The notes under the pieces are model-generated. The model ran no database searches and was not told the origin of the DNA. It worked only from the letters and a program-made list of their open reading frames with translations. Positions 49,601 through 64,000 of a stretch of 64,000 nt of DNA are shown in pieces; within the stretch, counting starts at the first letter, position 1; every line of letters starts with the position of its first letter. Source of the DNA: Eledone cirrhosa (Eukaryota); assembly GCA_964016885.1 (NCBI GenBank), contig CAXHJY010000568.1, forward strand, positions 30,786-94,785. Direction: 5' to 3'. The position numbers and the translations under genes were made by a program.

Positions 49601-52600
49601 ACTTCTATTCTCTCACTCTCTCTATCTCTTTCCCACTTCTATTCTCTCACTCTCTCTATCTCTTTCCCACTTCTATTCCCTCACTCTCTCTCTATCTCTT
49701 TCCCACTTCCATTCCCTCTCATTCTCTCTATCTCTTTCCCACTTCTATTCTCTCACTCTCTCTATCTCTTTCCCACTTCTATTCCCTCACTCTCTCTCTA
49801 TCTCTTTCCCACTTCCATTCCCTCTCATTCTCTCTATCTCTTTCCCACTTCTATTCTCTCACTCTCTCTATCTCTTTCCCACTTCTATTCCCTCACTCTC
49901 TCTCTATCTCTTTCCCACTTCCATTCCCTCTCATTCTCTCTATCTCTTTCCCACTTCTATTCTCTCACTCTCTCTATCTCTTTCCCACTTCTATTCCCTC
50001 ACTCTCTCTCTATCTCTTTCCCACTTCCATTCCCTCTCATTCTCTCTATCTCTTTCCCACTTCTATTCTCTCACTCTCTCTATCTCTTTCCCACTTCTAT
50101 TCCCTCACTCTCTCTCTATCTCTTTCCCACTTCCATTCCCTCTCATTCTCTCTATCTCTTTCCCACTTCTATTCTCTCACTCTCTCTATCTCTTTCCCAC
50201 TTCTATTCCCTCACTCTCTCTCTATCTCTTTCCCACTTCCATTCCCTCTCATTCTCTCTATCTCTTTCCCACTTCTATTCCCTCTCACTCTCTCTATCTC
50301 TTTCCCACTTCTATTCCCTCACTCTCTCTCTATCTCTTTCCCACTTCCATTCCCTCTCACTCTCTCTATCTCTTTCCCACTTCTATTCTCTCACTCTCTC
50401 TATCTCTTTCCCACTTCTATTCCCTCACTCTCTCTCTATCTCTTTCCCACTTCCATTCCCTCTCACTCTCTCTATCTCTTTCCCACTACTATTCCCTCTC
50501 ACTCTCTCTATCTCTTTCCCACTTCCATTCCCTCTCACTCTCTCTATCTCTTTCCCACTACTATTCCCTCTCACTCTCTCTATCTCTTTCCCACTTCTAT
50601 TCTCTCACTCTCTCTATCTCTTTCCCACTTCTATTCCCTCACTCGCTCTCTATCTCTTTCCCACTTCCATTCCCTCTCACTCTCTCTATCTCTTTCCCAC
50701 TACTATTCCCTCTCACTCTCTCTATCTCTTTCCCACTTCCATTCCCTCTCACTCTCTCTATCTCTTTCCCACTTCTATTACCTCTCACTCTCTCTATCTC
50801 TTTCCCACTTCTATTCTCTCACTCTCTCTATCTCTTTCCCACTTCTATTCCCTCACTCTCTCTCTATCTCTTTCCCACTTCTATTCTCTCACTCTCTCTA
50901 TCTCTTTCCCACTACTATTCCCTCTCACTCTCTCTATCTCTTTCCCACTTCATTCCCTCTCATTCTCTCTATCTCTTTCCACTTCTATTCCTCTCACTCT
51001 CTCTATCTCTTTCCCACTTCTATTCCTCTCACTCTCTCTATCTCTTTCCCACTTCTATTCTCTCACTCTCTCTATCTCTTTCCCACTTCTATTCTCTCAC
51101 TCTCTCCTATCTCTTTCCCACTTCTATTCCCTCTCATCTCTCTATCTCTTCCCACTTCTATTCCCTCTCACTCTCTCTATCTCTTTCCCACTTCTATTCC
51201 CTCTCACTCTCTCTATCTCTTTCCACTTCCATTCCCTCTCATTCTCTCTATCTCTTTCCCACTTCTATTCTCTCACTCTCTCTATCTCTTTCCCACTTCT
51301 ATTCTCTCACTCTCTCTATCTCTTTCCCACTTCCTATTCCCTCTCTCTCTCTCTATCTCCTTCCCACTTCATTCTCTCTTCTCTCTATCTCTTTCCCACT
51401 TCTATTCTCTCACTCTCTCTATCTCTTTCCCACTTCTATTCCTCTCACTCTCTCTCTATCTCTTTCCCACTTCCATTCCCTCTCATTCTCTCTATCTCTT
51501 TCCACTTCTATTCTCTCACTCTCTCTATCTCTTTCCCACTTCTATTCCTCACTCTCTCTCTATCTCTTTCCCACTTCCATTCCTCTCACTCTCTCTATCT
51601 CTTTCCCACTTCTATTCTCTCACTCTCTCTATCTCTTTCCCACTCTATTCCCTCTCTCTCTCTCTATCTCTTTCCACTTCCATTCCTTCTCATTCTCTCT
51701 ATCTCTTTCCCACTTCTATTCTCTCACTCTCTCTATCTCTTTCCCACTTCTATTCCCTCACTCTCTCTCTATCTCTTTCCCACTTCCATTCCCTCTCATT
51801 CTCTCTATCTCTTTCCCACTTCTATTCCTCTCACTCTCTCTATCTCTTTCCCACTTCTATTCCCTCACTCTCTTCTATCTCTTTCCACTTCCATTCCCTC
51901 TCATTCTCTCTATCTCTTTCCCACTTCTATTCGCTCACTCTCTCTATTCTTTCCCAATTCTATTCTCTCACTCTCTCTCTATCTCTTTCCCACTTCCATT
52001 CCTCTCATTCTCTCTATCTCTTTCCCACTTCTATTCTCTCACTCTCTCTATCTCTTTCCTCTCTTCCTATTCCCTCACTCTCTCTCTATCTCTTTCCCAC
52101 TTCCATTCCCTCTCATTCTCTCTATCTCTTTCCCACTTCTATTCTCTCACTCTCTCTATCTCTTCCCACTTCTATTCTCTCACTCTCTCTATCTCTTTCC
52201 CACTTCTATTCTCTCACTCTCTCTATCTCTTTCCCACTTCTATTCTCTCACTCTCTCTATCTCTTTCCCACTTCTATTCCCTCACTCTCTCTATCTCTTT
52301 CCCACTTCTATTCCCTCTCACTCTCTCTATCTCTTTCCCACTTCTATTCCTCTCACTCTCTCTATCTCTTTCCACTTCCATTCCCTCTCATTCTCTCTAT
52401 CTCTTTCCCACTTCTATTCTCTCACTCTCTCTATCTCTTTCCCACTTCTATTCTCTCACTCTCTCTATCTCTTTCCCACTTCTATTCCCTCACTCTCTCT
52501 CTATCTCTCACTTCCTTCCCACTTTCCATTCCCTCTCATTCTCTCTATCTCTTTCCCACTTCTATTCTCTCACTCTCTCTATCTCTTTCCCACTTCTATT

Positions 52601-55600
52601 CCCTCACTCTCCTCTATCTCTTTCCCACTTCCATTCCCTCTCATCTCTCTATCTCTTTCCACTTCTATTCTCTCACTCTCTCTATCTCTTTCCCACTTCT
52701 ATTCCCTCACTCTCTCTCTATCTCTTTCCCACTTCCATTCCCTCTCATTCTCTCTATCTCTTTCCCACTTCTATTCTCTCACTCTCTCTATCTCTTTCCA
52801 CTTCTATTCCCTCACTCTCTCTCTATCTCTTTCCACTTCCATTCCTTCTCATTCTCTCTATCTCTTTCCCACTTCTATTCTCTCACTCTCTCTATCTCTT
52901 CCCACTTCTATTCCCTCACTCTCTCTCTATCTCTTCCACTTCATTCCCTCTCATTCTCTCTATCTCTTCCACTTCTTCCTCTCACTCTCTCTATCTCTTT
53001 CCCACTTCTATTCCCTCACTCTCTCTCTATCTCTTTCCCACTTCCATTCCCTCTCATTCTCTCTATCTCTTTCCACTTCTATTCCTCACTCTCCTATTCT
53101 TTCCCAATTCTATTCCTCACTCTCTCTCTATCTCTTTCCACTTCATTCCCTCTCATTCTCTCTATCTCTTTCCCACTTCTATTCTCTCACTCTCTCTATC
53201 TCTTTCCCACTTCTATTCCTCTCACTCTCTCTATCTCTTTCCCACTTCCATTCCCTCACTCTCTCTATCTCTTTCCCACTTCCATTCCCTCTCATTCTCT
53301 CTATCTCTTTCCACTTCTATTCTCTCACTCTCTCTATCTCTTTCCCACTTCTATTCCTCTCACTCTCTCTATCTCTTTCCACTTCTATTCCTCACTCTCT
53401 CTCTATCTCTTTCCCACTTCCATTCCCTCTCATTCTCTCTATCTCTTTCCCACTTCTATTCCCTCTCACTCTCTCTATCTCTTTCCCACTTCTATTCCCT
53501 CACTCTGTCTCTATCTCTTTCCCACTTCCATTCCCTCTCATTCTCTCTATCTCTTTCCCACTTCTATTCTCTCACTTCTCTCTATCTCTTTCCCACTTCT
53601 ATTCCCTCACTCTCTCTCTATCTCTTTCCACTTCCATTCCCTCTCATTCTCTCTATCTCTTTCCCACTTCTATTCTCTCACTCTCTCTATCTCTTTCCCA
53701 CTTCTATTCTCTCACTCTCTCTATCTCTTTCCCACTTCCATTCCCTCACTCTCTCTATCTCTTTCCCACTTCCATTCCTCTCATTCTCTCTATCTCTTTC
53801 CCACTTCTATTCTCTCACTCTCTCTATCTCTTTCCACTTCTATTCTCTCACTCTCTCTATCTCTTTCCACTTCATTCCTCACTCTCTCTATCTCTTTCCC
53901 ACTTCCATTCCCTCTCATTCTCTCTATCTCTTCCCACTTCCATTCCCTCTCACTCTCTCTATCTCTTTCCACTTCTATTCCCTCTCACTCTCTCTATCTC
54001 TTTCCCACTTCCATTCCCTCTCACTCTCTCTATCTCTCTCTCACTTCTATTCCCCTCACTCTCTCTATCTCTTTCCCACTTCTATTCTCTCACTCTCTCT
54101 ATCTCTTTCCCACTTCCATTCCTCTCACTCTCTCTATCTCTTTCCCACTTCTATTCCTCTCACTCTCTCTATCTCTTTCCCACTTCTATTCCCTCACTCT
54201 CTCTATCTCTTCCCACTTCTATTCTCTCTCACTCTCTCTATCTCTTTCCCACTTCTATTCTCTCACTCTCTCTATCTCTCTCCACTTCCATTCCCTCACT
54301 CTCTCAATCTCTCTCCCACTTCCATTCCCTCACTCTCTCTATCTCTCCATTCATTCCCTCTCACTCTCTCTATCTCTTTCCTACTTCTATTCCCTCACTC
54401 TCTCTCTATCTCTTTCCCACTTCTATTCCCTCACTCTCTCTCTATTTCTTCCCACTTCTATTCCCTCTCACTCTCTCTATCTCTTTCCCACTTCTATTCC
54501 CTCTCACTCTCTCTATTTCTTTCCCACTTCTATTCCTCACTCTCTCTATCTCTTCCCACTTCTATTCCCTCTCACTCTCTCTATCTCTTTCCCACTTCTA
54601 TTCTCTCACTCTCTCTATCTCTTTCCCACTTCTATTCTCTCACTCTCTCTATCTCTTTCCCACTTCCATTCCCTCACTCTCTCTATCTCTTTCCCACTTC
54701 TATTCCCTCTCACTCTCTCTATCTCTTTCCCACTTCCATTCCTCACTCTCTCTATCTCTTTCCCACTTCTATTCCCTCTCACTCTCTCTATCTCTTTCCC
54801 ACTTCTATTCCTCACTCTCTCTATCTCTTTCCCACTTCTATTCCCTCTCACTCTCTCTATCTCTTTCCCACTTCCATTCCCTCACTCTCTCTATCTCTTT
54901 CCCACTTCTATTCCCTCTCAACTCTCTCTATCTCTTTCCCACTTCTATTCCCTCACTCTCTCTATCTCTTTCCCACTTCTATTCCCTCACTCTCTCTCTA
55001 TCTCTTTCCACTTCCATTCCCTCTCATTCTCTCTATCTCTTTCCCACTTCATTCTCTCACACTCTCTATCTCTTTCCCACTTCTATTCCCTCACTCTCTC
55101 TCTATCTCTTTCCCACTTCCATTCCCTCTCACTCTCTCTATCTCTTTCCCACTTCTATTCTCTCACTCTCTCTATCTCTTTCCCACTTCCATTCCCTCAC
55201 TCTCTCTATCTCTTTCCCACTTCCATTCCCTCTCATTCTCTCTATCTCTTTCCCACTTCTATTCTCTCACTCTCTCTATCTCTTTCCCACTTCTATTCTC
55301 TCACTCTCTCTATCTCTTTCCACTTCCATTCCCTCACTCTCTCTATCTCTTTCCCACTTCCATTCCCTCTCATTCTCTCTATCTCTTTCCACTTCCATTC
55401 CCTCTCACTCTCTCTATCTCTTTCCACTTCTATTCCCTCTCACCCTCTCTATCTCTTTCCCACTTCCATTCCCTCTCACTCTCTCTATCTCTCTCCCACT
55501 TATATTCCCTCTCACTCTCTCTATCTCTTTCCCACTTCTATTCTCTCACTCTCTCTATCTCTTTCCCACTTCATTCCCTCTCACTCTCTCTATCTCTTTC

Positions 55601-58600
55601 CCACTTCTATTCCCTCTCACTCTCTCTATCTCTTTCCCACTTCTATTCCCTCACTCTCTCTATCTCTTTCCCACTTCTATTCTCTCTCACTCTCTCTGAT
55701 CTCTTTCCCTCTTCCATTCCCTCACTCTCTCTATCTCTCTCCCACTTCCATTCCCTCACTCTCTCTATCTCTCTCCCACTTCCATTCCCTCTCACTCTCT
55801 CTATCTCTTTCCCACTTCTATTCCCTCACTCTCTCTCTATCTCTTTCCCACTTCCATTCCCTCTCATTCTCTCTATCTCTTTCCCACTTCTATTCTCTCA
55901 CTCTCTCTATCTCTTTCCCACTTCTATTCTCTCACTCTCTCTATCTCTTCCCACTTCTATTCTCTCACTCTCTCTATCTCTTTCCCACTTCTATTCCCTC
56001 ACTCTCTCTCTATCTCTTCCACTTCCATTCCCTCTCACTCTCTCTATCTCTTTCCCACTACTATTCCCTCTCACTCTCTCTATTCTCTTCCCACTTCCAT
56101 TCCCTCTCACTCTCTCTATCTCTTTCCACTTCTATTCTCTCACTCTCTCTATCTCTTTCCCACTTCCATTCCCTCTCACTCTCTCTATCTCTTTCCCACT
56201 ACTATTCCCTCTCACTCTCTCTATCTCTTTCCCACTTCCATTCCCTCACTTCGCTCTCTATCTCTTTCCCACTTCCATTCCTCACTCTCTCTATCTCTTT
56301 TCCACTTCTATTCCTCTCACTCTCTTTATCTCTTTCCACTACTATTCCTCTCACTCTCTCTATCTCTTTCCACTTCTATTACCTCTCACTCTCTCTATCT
56401 CTTCCCACTTCTATTCTCTCACTCTCCCTATCTCTTTCCCACTTCTATCCCTCACTCTCTCTATCTCTTTCCCACTTCTATTCCCTCTCACTCTCTCTAT
56501 CTCTTTCCACTGCTATTTCCCTCTCACTCTCTCTATCTCGTCTTCCCACTTCCATTCCTCTCATTCTCTCTATCTCTTTCCACTTCTATTCTCTCACTCT
56601 CTCTATCTCTTTCCCCACTTCTATTCCCTCACTCTCTCTCTATCTCTTTCCCACTTCCATTCCCTCTCATTCTCTCTATCTCTTTCCCACTTCTATTCTC
56701 TCACTCTCTCTATCTCTTTCCCACTTCTATTCCCCCACTCTCTCTCTATCTCTTTCCACTTCCATTCCTCTCATTCTCTCTATCTCTTTCCACTTCTATT
56801 CTCTCACTCTCTCTATCTCTTTCCACTTCTATTCCCTCACTCTCTCTCTATCTCTTTCCCACTTCATTCCCTCTCATTCTCTCTATCTCTTTCCCACTTC
56901 TATTCCCTCTCACTCTCTCTATCTCTTCCCACTTCTATTCCCTCACTCTCTCTCTATCTCTTTCCCACTTCCATTCCCTCTCATTCTCTCTAGTCTCTTT
57001 CCCACTTCTATTCTCTCACTCTCTCTATCTCTTTCCCACTTCTATTCCTCACTCTCTCTCTATCTCTTTCCCACTTCCATTCCTCTCATTCTCTCTATCT
57101 CTTTCCACTTCTATTCTCTCACTCTCTCTATCTCTTTCCCACTTCTATTCTCTCACTCTCTCTATCTCTTTCCCACTTCCATTCCCTCACTCTCTCTATC
57201 TCTTTCCACTTCCATTCCCTCTCATTCTCTCTATCTCTTTCCCACTTCTATTCTCTCACTCTCTCTATCTCTTTCCCACTTCTATTGCCCTCTCACTCGT
57301 CTCTATCTCTTCCCACTTCTATTCCCTCACTCTCTCTCTATCTCTTCCCACTTCCATTACCTCTCTTCTCTCTATCTCTTTCCCACTTCTATTCCCTCTC
57401 ACTCTCTCTATCTCTTTCCCACTTCTATTCCCTCACTCTCTCTCTATCTCTTTCCCACTTCCATTCCCTCTCATTCTCTCTATCTCTTTCCCACTTCTAT
57501 TCTCTCACTCTCCTATCTCTTTCCACTTCTATTCCCTCACTCTCTCTCTATCTCTTTCCACTTCCATTCCTCTCATTCTCTCTATCTCTTCCCACTTCTA
57601 TTCTCTCACTCTCTCTATCTCTTTCCACTTCTATTCTCTCACTCTCTCTATCTCTTCCCACTTCCATTCCCTCACTCTCTCTATCTCTTTCCACTTCCAT
57701 TCCTCTCATTCTCTCTATCTCTTCCACTTCCATTCCCTCTCACTCTCTCTATCTCTTTCCACTTCTATTCCCTCTCACTCTCTCTATCTCTTCCCACTTC
57801 CATTCCCTCTCACTCTCTCTATCTCTCTCCCACTTCTATTCCCTCTCACTCTCTCTATCTCTTTCCCACTTCTATTCTCTCACTCTCTCTATCTCTTTCC
57901 CACTTCCTTTCCCTCTCACTCTCTCTATCTCTTTCCACTTCTATTCCCTCTCACTCTCTCTATCTCTTTCCCACTTCTATTCCCTCACTCTCTCTATCTC
58001 TTTCCCACTTCTATTCTCTCTCACTCTCTCTATCTCTTCCCACTTCTATTCTCTCACTCTCTCTATCTCTCTCCCACTTCCATTCCCTCACTCTCTCAAT
58101 CTCTCTCCACTTCCATTCCCTCTCACTCTCTCTATCTCTTTCCCACTTCCATTCCCTCACGTCTCTCTATCTCTTTCCACTTCCATTCCCTCTCACTCTC
58201 TCTATCTCTTTCCACTTCTATTCTCTCACTCTCTCTATCTCTTTCCACTTCCATTCCCTCTCACTCTCTCTATCTCTTTCCCACTTCTATTCCCTCACTC
58301 TCTCTATCTCTTTCCCACTTCTATCTCTCATTCTCTCTATCTCTTTCCCACTTCTATTCTCTCACTCTCTCTATCTCTTTCCACTTCTATTCCCTCTCAC
58401 TCTCTCTATCTCTTTCCCACTTCTATTCCCTCACTCTCTCTCTATCTCTTCCCACTTCTATTCCCTCTCACTCTCTCTATCTCTTTCCCACTTCTATTCT
58501 CTCAATCTCTCTATCTCTTTCCCACGTCTATTCTCTCACTCTCTCTATCTCTTTCCCACTTCTATTCCCTCTCACTCTCTCTATCTCTTTCCACTTCTAT

Positions 58601-61600
58601 TCCCTCACTCTCTCTATCTCTTCCACTTCCTTTCCCTCTCACTCTCTCTATCTCTTTCCCACTTCCATTCCCTCTCACTCTCTCTATCTCTTTCCCACTT
58701 CTATTCCCTCTCACGTCTCTCTATCTCTTTCCACTTCTATTCCCTCACTCTCTCTCTATCTCTTTCCCACTTCTATTCCCTCTCATTCTCTCTATCTCTT
58801 CCACTTCTATCTCTCACTCTCTCTATCTCTTTCCACTTCCATTCCTCTCATTCTCTCTATCTCTTTCCCACTTCTATTCTCTCACTCTCTCTATCTCTTC
58901 CACTTCTATTCCTCTCTCTCTCTATCTCTTTCCCACTTCTATTCCTCACTCTCGCTCTTCTCTTTCCACTTCCATTCCCTCTCATTCTCTCTATCTCTTT
59001 CCCACTTCTATTCTCTCACTCTCTATATCTCTTTCCCACTTCTATTCTCTCACGTCTCTCTAGCTCTTTCCACTTCTATTCCCTCACTCTCTCTCTATCT
59101 CTTTCCCACTTCCATTCCCTCTCATTCTCTCTATCTTTTCCCACTTCTATTCTCTCACTCTCTCTAGTCTCTTTCCACTTCCATTCCCTCACTCTCTCTA
59201 TCTCTTTCCCACTTCATTCCCTCTCACTCTCTCTATCTCTTTCCCACTTCTATTACCTCTCACTCTCTCTATCTCTTTCCCACTTCTATTCTCTCACTCT
59301 CTCTATCTCTTTCCACTTCTATTCTCTCACTCTCTCTATCTCTTTCCCACTTCTATTCCTCACTCTCTCTCTATCTCTTTCCCACGTCCATTCCCTCTCA
59401 CTCTCTCTATCTCTTTCCACTACTATTCCCTCTCACTCTCTCTATCTCTTTCCACTTCCATTCCCTCTCACTCTCTCTATCTCTTTCCCACTACTATTCC
59501 CTCTCACTCTCTCTATCTCTTTCCCACTTTCTAGTCTCTCACTCTCTCTATCTCTTTCCCACTTCTATTCCCTCACTCGCTCTCTATCTCTTTCCACTTC
59601 CATTCCCTCTCACTCTCTCTATCTCTTTCCACTACTATTCCCTCTCACTCTCTCTATCTCTTTCCACTTCCATTCCCTCTCACTCTCTCTATCTCTTTCC
59701 CACTTCTATTACCTCTCACTCTCTCTATCTCTTTCCACTTCTATTCTCTCACGTCTCTCTATCTCTTTCCACTTCTATTCCCTCACTCTCTCTCTATCTC
59801 TTTCCACTTCCATTCCCTCTCATTCTCTCTATCTCTTTCCCACTTCTATTCTCTCACTCTCTCTATCTCTTTCCACTTCTATTCTCTCACTCTCTCTATC
59901 TCTTTCCACTTCTTTCTCTCACTCTCTCTATCTCTTTCCACTTCTATTCCCTCACTCTCTCTCTATCTCTTTCCACTCCATTCCCTCTCACTCTCTCTAT
60001 CTCTTTCCCACTACTATTCCCTCTCACTCTCTCTCTCTATCTCTTTCCACTTCCAGTCCCTCTCACTCTCTCTATCTCTTTCCCACTTCTATTCTCTCAC
60101 TCTCTCTATCTCTTTCCCACTCCATTCCCTCTCACTCTCTCTATCTCTTTCCCACTACTATTTCCCTCTCACTCTCTCTATCTCTTTCCACTTCCATTCC
60201 CTCTCACTTCGCTCTCTATCTCTTTCCCACTTCCATTCCCTCACTCTCTCTATCTCTTTCCACTCTATTCCGTCTCACTCTCTCTATCTCTTTCCCACTA
60301 CTATTCCCTCTCACTCTCTCTATCTCTTTCCCACTTCTATTCCTCTCACTCTCTCTATCTCTTTCCCACTTCTATTCCTCTCACTCTCCTATCTCTTTCC
60401 CACTTCTATTCCCTCACTCTCTCTATCTCTTTCCCACTTCTATTCCCTCTCACTCTCTCTATCTCTTTCCCACTTCTATTCCCTCTCACTCTCTCTATCT
60501 CTTTCCCAGCTTCCAGTTCCCTCTCATTCTCTCTATCTCTTTCCACTTCTATTCTCTCACTCTCTCTATCTCTTCCCACTTCTATTCTCTCTCTCTCTAT
60601 CTCTTTCCACTTCTATTCCCTCACTCTCTCTCTATCTCTTTCCACGTCCTTTCCCTCTCATTCTCTCTATCTCTTCCACTTCTATTCTCTCACTCTCTCT
60701 ATCTCTTTCCCACTTCTATTCCTCACTCTCTCTCTATCTCTTTCCACTTCCTTTCCCTCTCATTCTCTCTATCTCTTTCCACTTCTATTCTCTCACTCTC
60801 TCTATCTCTTTCCCACTTCTATTCCCTCACTCTCTCTATCTCTTTCCCACTTCCATTCCCTCTCATTCTCTCTATCTCTTTCCACTTCTATTCTCTCACT
60901 CTCTCTATCTCTTTCCACTTCTATTCTCTCACTCTCTCTATCTCTTTCCCCACTTCCATTCCCTCACTCTCTCTATCTCTTTCCACTTCCATTCCTCTCA
61001 TTCTCTCTATCTCTTTCCACTTCTATTCTCTCACTCTCTCTATCTCTTTCCCACTTCTATTCCCTCTCACTCTCTCTATCTCTTTCCACTTCTATTCCTC
61101 ACTCTCTCTCTATCTCTTTCCACTTCCATTCCCTCTCATTCTCTCTATCTCTTTCCACTTCTATTTCCCTCTCACTCTCTCTAGTCTCTTTCCACTTCTA
61201 TTCCCTCACTCTCTCTCTATCTCTTCCCACTTCCATTCCCTCTCATTCTCTCTATCTCTTTCCCACTTCTATTCTCTCACTCTCTCTATCTCTTTCCCAC
61301 TTCTATTCCCTCACTCTCTCTCTATCTCTTCCCACTTCCATTCCTCTCATTCTCTCTATCTCTTTCCCACTTCTATTCTCTCACTCTCTCTATCTCTTTC
61401 CACTTCTATTCTCTCACTCTCTCTATCTCTTTCCACTTCCATTCCCTCACTCTCTCTATCTCTTTCCCACTTCCATTCCCTCTCATTCTCTCTATCTCTT
61501 TCCCACTTCTATTCTCTCACTCTCTCTATCTCTTTCCACTTCTATTCTCTCACTCTCTCTATCTCTTTCCCACTTCCATTCCCTCACTCTCTCTATCTCT

Positions 61601-64000
61601 TTCCCACTTCCATTCCCTCTCATTCTCTCTATCTCTTTCCCACTTCATTCCTCACTCTCTCTATCTCTTTCCCACTTCTATTCCCTCTCACTCTCTCTAT
61701 CTCTTTCCCACTTCCATTCCTCACTCTCTCTATCTCTTTCCCACTTCTATTCCTCTCACTCTCTCTATCTCTTTCCACTTCTATTCCCTCACGTCTCTCT
61801 ATCTCTTCCCACTTCTATTCCCTCTCACTCTCTCTATCTCTTTCCCACTTCCATTCCCTCACTCTCTCTATCTCTTTCCACTTCTATTCCCTCTCACTCT
61901 CTCTATCTCTTTCCCACTTCTATTTCCCTCACTCTCTCTCTATCTCTTTCCCACTTCCATTCCCTCTCATTCTCTCTATCTCTTTCCCACTTCTATTCTC
62001 TCACTCTCTCTATCTCTTTCCACTTCTATTCCCTCACTCTCTCTCTATCTCTGTCCACTTCCATTCCCTCTCACTCTCTCTATCTCTTTCCCACTTCTAT
62101 TCTCTCACTCTCTCTATCTCTTTCCACTTCCATTCCCTCACTCTCTCTATCTCTTTTCACTTCCATTCCCTCTCATTCTCTCTATCTCTTTCCCACTTCT
62201 ATTCTCTCACTCTCTCTATCTCTTTCCACTTCTATTCTCTCACTCTCTCTATCTCTTTCCCACTTCCATTCCCTCACTCTCTCTATCTCTTTCCCACTTC
62301 CATTCCCTCTCATTCTCTCTATCTCTTTCCCACTTCCATTCCCTCTCACTCTCTCTATCTCTTTCCACTTCTATTCCCTCTCACTCTCTCTATCTCTTTC
62401 CACTTCCATCCCTCTCACTCTCTCTATCTCTCTCCCACTTCTATTCCCGCTCACTCTCTCTATCTCTTTCCCACTTCTATTCTCTCACTCTCTCTATCTC
62501 TTTCCACTTCCATTCCTCTCACTCTCTCTATCTCTTTCCACTTCTATTCCCTCTCACTCTCTCTATCTCTTTCCACTTCTATTCCTCACTCTCTCTATCT
62601 CTTTCCCACTTCTATTCTCTCTCACTCTCTCTATCTCTTTCCTCTTCCATTCCCTCACTCTCTCTATTCTCTCTCCACTTCCATTCCCTCACTCTCTCTA
62701 TCTCTCTTCCCACTTCATTCCCTCTCACTCTCTCTATCTCTTTCCCACTTCTATTCCCTCACTCTCTCTCTATCTCTTTCCCACTTCCATTCCCTCTCAT
62801 TCTCTCTATCTCTTTCCCACTTCTATTCTCTCACTCTCTCTATCTCTGTTCCCACTTCTATTCTCTCACTCTCTCTATCTCTTTCCCACTTCTATTCTCG
62901 TCACTCTCTCTATCTCTTTCCACTTCTATTCCCTCACTCTCTCTCTATCTCTTCCCACTTCCATTCCCTCTCACTCTCTCTATCTCTTTCCCACTACTAT
63001 TTCCCTCTCACTCTCTCTATCTCTTTCCCACTTCCATTCCCTCTCACTCTCTCTATCTCTTCCCACTTCTATTCTCTCACTCTCTCTATCTCTTTCCCAC
63101 TTCCATTCCCTCACTCTCTCTATCTCTTTCCCACTTCCATTCCCTCTCATTCTCTCTATCTCTTTCCCACTTCCATTCCCTCTCACTCTCTCTATCTCTT
63201 TCCCACTTCTATTCCCTCTCACTCTCTCTATCTCTTTCCCACTTCCATTCCCTCTCACTCTCTCTATCTCTCTCCCACTTCTATTCCCTCTCACTCTCTC
63301 TATCTCTTTCCCACTTCTATTCTCTCACTCTCTCTATCTCTTTCCCACTTCCATTCCCTCTCACTCTCTCTATCTCTTTCCCACTTCTATTCCCTCTCAC
63401 TCTCTCTATCTCTTTCCCACTTCTATTCCCTCACTCTCTCTATCTCTTTCCCACTTCTATTCTCTCTCACTCTCTCTATCTCTTTCCCACTTCTATTCTC
63501 TCACTCTCTCTATCTCTCTCCCACTTCCATTCCCTCACTCTCTCAATCTCTCTCCCACTTCCATTCCCTCTCACTCTCTCTATCTCTTTCCCACTTCCAT
63601 TCCCTCACTCTCTCTATCTCTTTCCCACTTCCATTCCCTCTCACTCTCTCTATCTCTTTCCCACTTCTATTCTCTCACTCTCTCTATCTCTTTCCCACTT
63701 CCATTCCCTCTCACTCTCTCTATCTCTTTCCCACTTCTATTCCCTCACTCTCTCTATCTCTTTCCCACTTCTATTCCTCTCATTCTCTCTATCTCTTTCC
63801 CACTTCTATTCTCTCACTCTCTCTATCTCTTTCCCACTTCTATTCCCTCTCACTCTCTCTATCTCTTTCCCACTTCTATTCCCTCACTCTCTCTCTATCT
63901 CTTTCCCACTTCTATTCCCTCTCACTCTCTCTATCTCTTTCCCACTTCTATTCTCTCACTCTCTCTATCTCTTTCCCACTTCTATTCTCTCACTCTCTCT
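46667..64000. repeat. >17-kb polypyrimidine satellite, 34/36-bp unit TCTCTCTATCTCTTTCCCACTTC(T/C)ATTC(CC)TCTCAC
   Basis: Periods of 34 and 36 read directly. Plus strand almost free of G. Runs off the window end. Confidence 0.97.

Noticed and set aside
46608-59063. 3461-aa and 592-aa Ser/Leu/Phe/Pro ORFs
   Set aside because: The satellite plus strand lacks G and AA, so stop codons cannot form. The frame drifts freely across indels.

Overview
Eukaryotic, AT-rich, repeat-saturated DNA with no host gene that I can support. The SINE family and microsatellite load resemble Octopus/cephalopod sequence, which is an inference from recalled repeats. Two satellites fill about half the window: a 5-bp TGTAG/TGTGG/TATAG/TGTGA array (10.8-26.2 kb) and a 34/36-bp polypyrimidine array (46.7 kb to the end). 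All the very long ORFs in the track come from these arrays and are artefacts. The rest is decayed transposons: a hAT MITE with a perfect 8-bp TSD, several Helitron ends, mariner remnants, tRNA-derived SINEs, a CR1-type LINE (APE+RT), RTE fragments, two R4/Dong-type RLE LINE 3' copies abutting (ACAT)n arrays, and several Penelope-like elements (PLEs). Three signals stand out. (1) A Neptune-type PLE with inverted pseudo-LTRs carries a minimal hammerhead ribozyme motif whose core reads UUGAAAA instead of CUGANGA (a U3:A8 compensatory change); it occurs in three copies, plus three further hammerhead relics nearby. (2) A small terminal-inverted-repeat element encloses a complete tRNA-like cloverleaf. 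(3) An R4/Dong-like LINE appears to target (ACAT)n microsatellites. All coordinates were read by eye.
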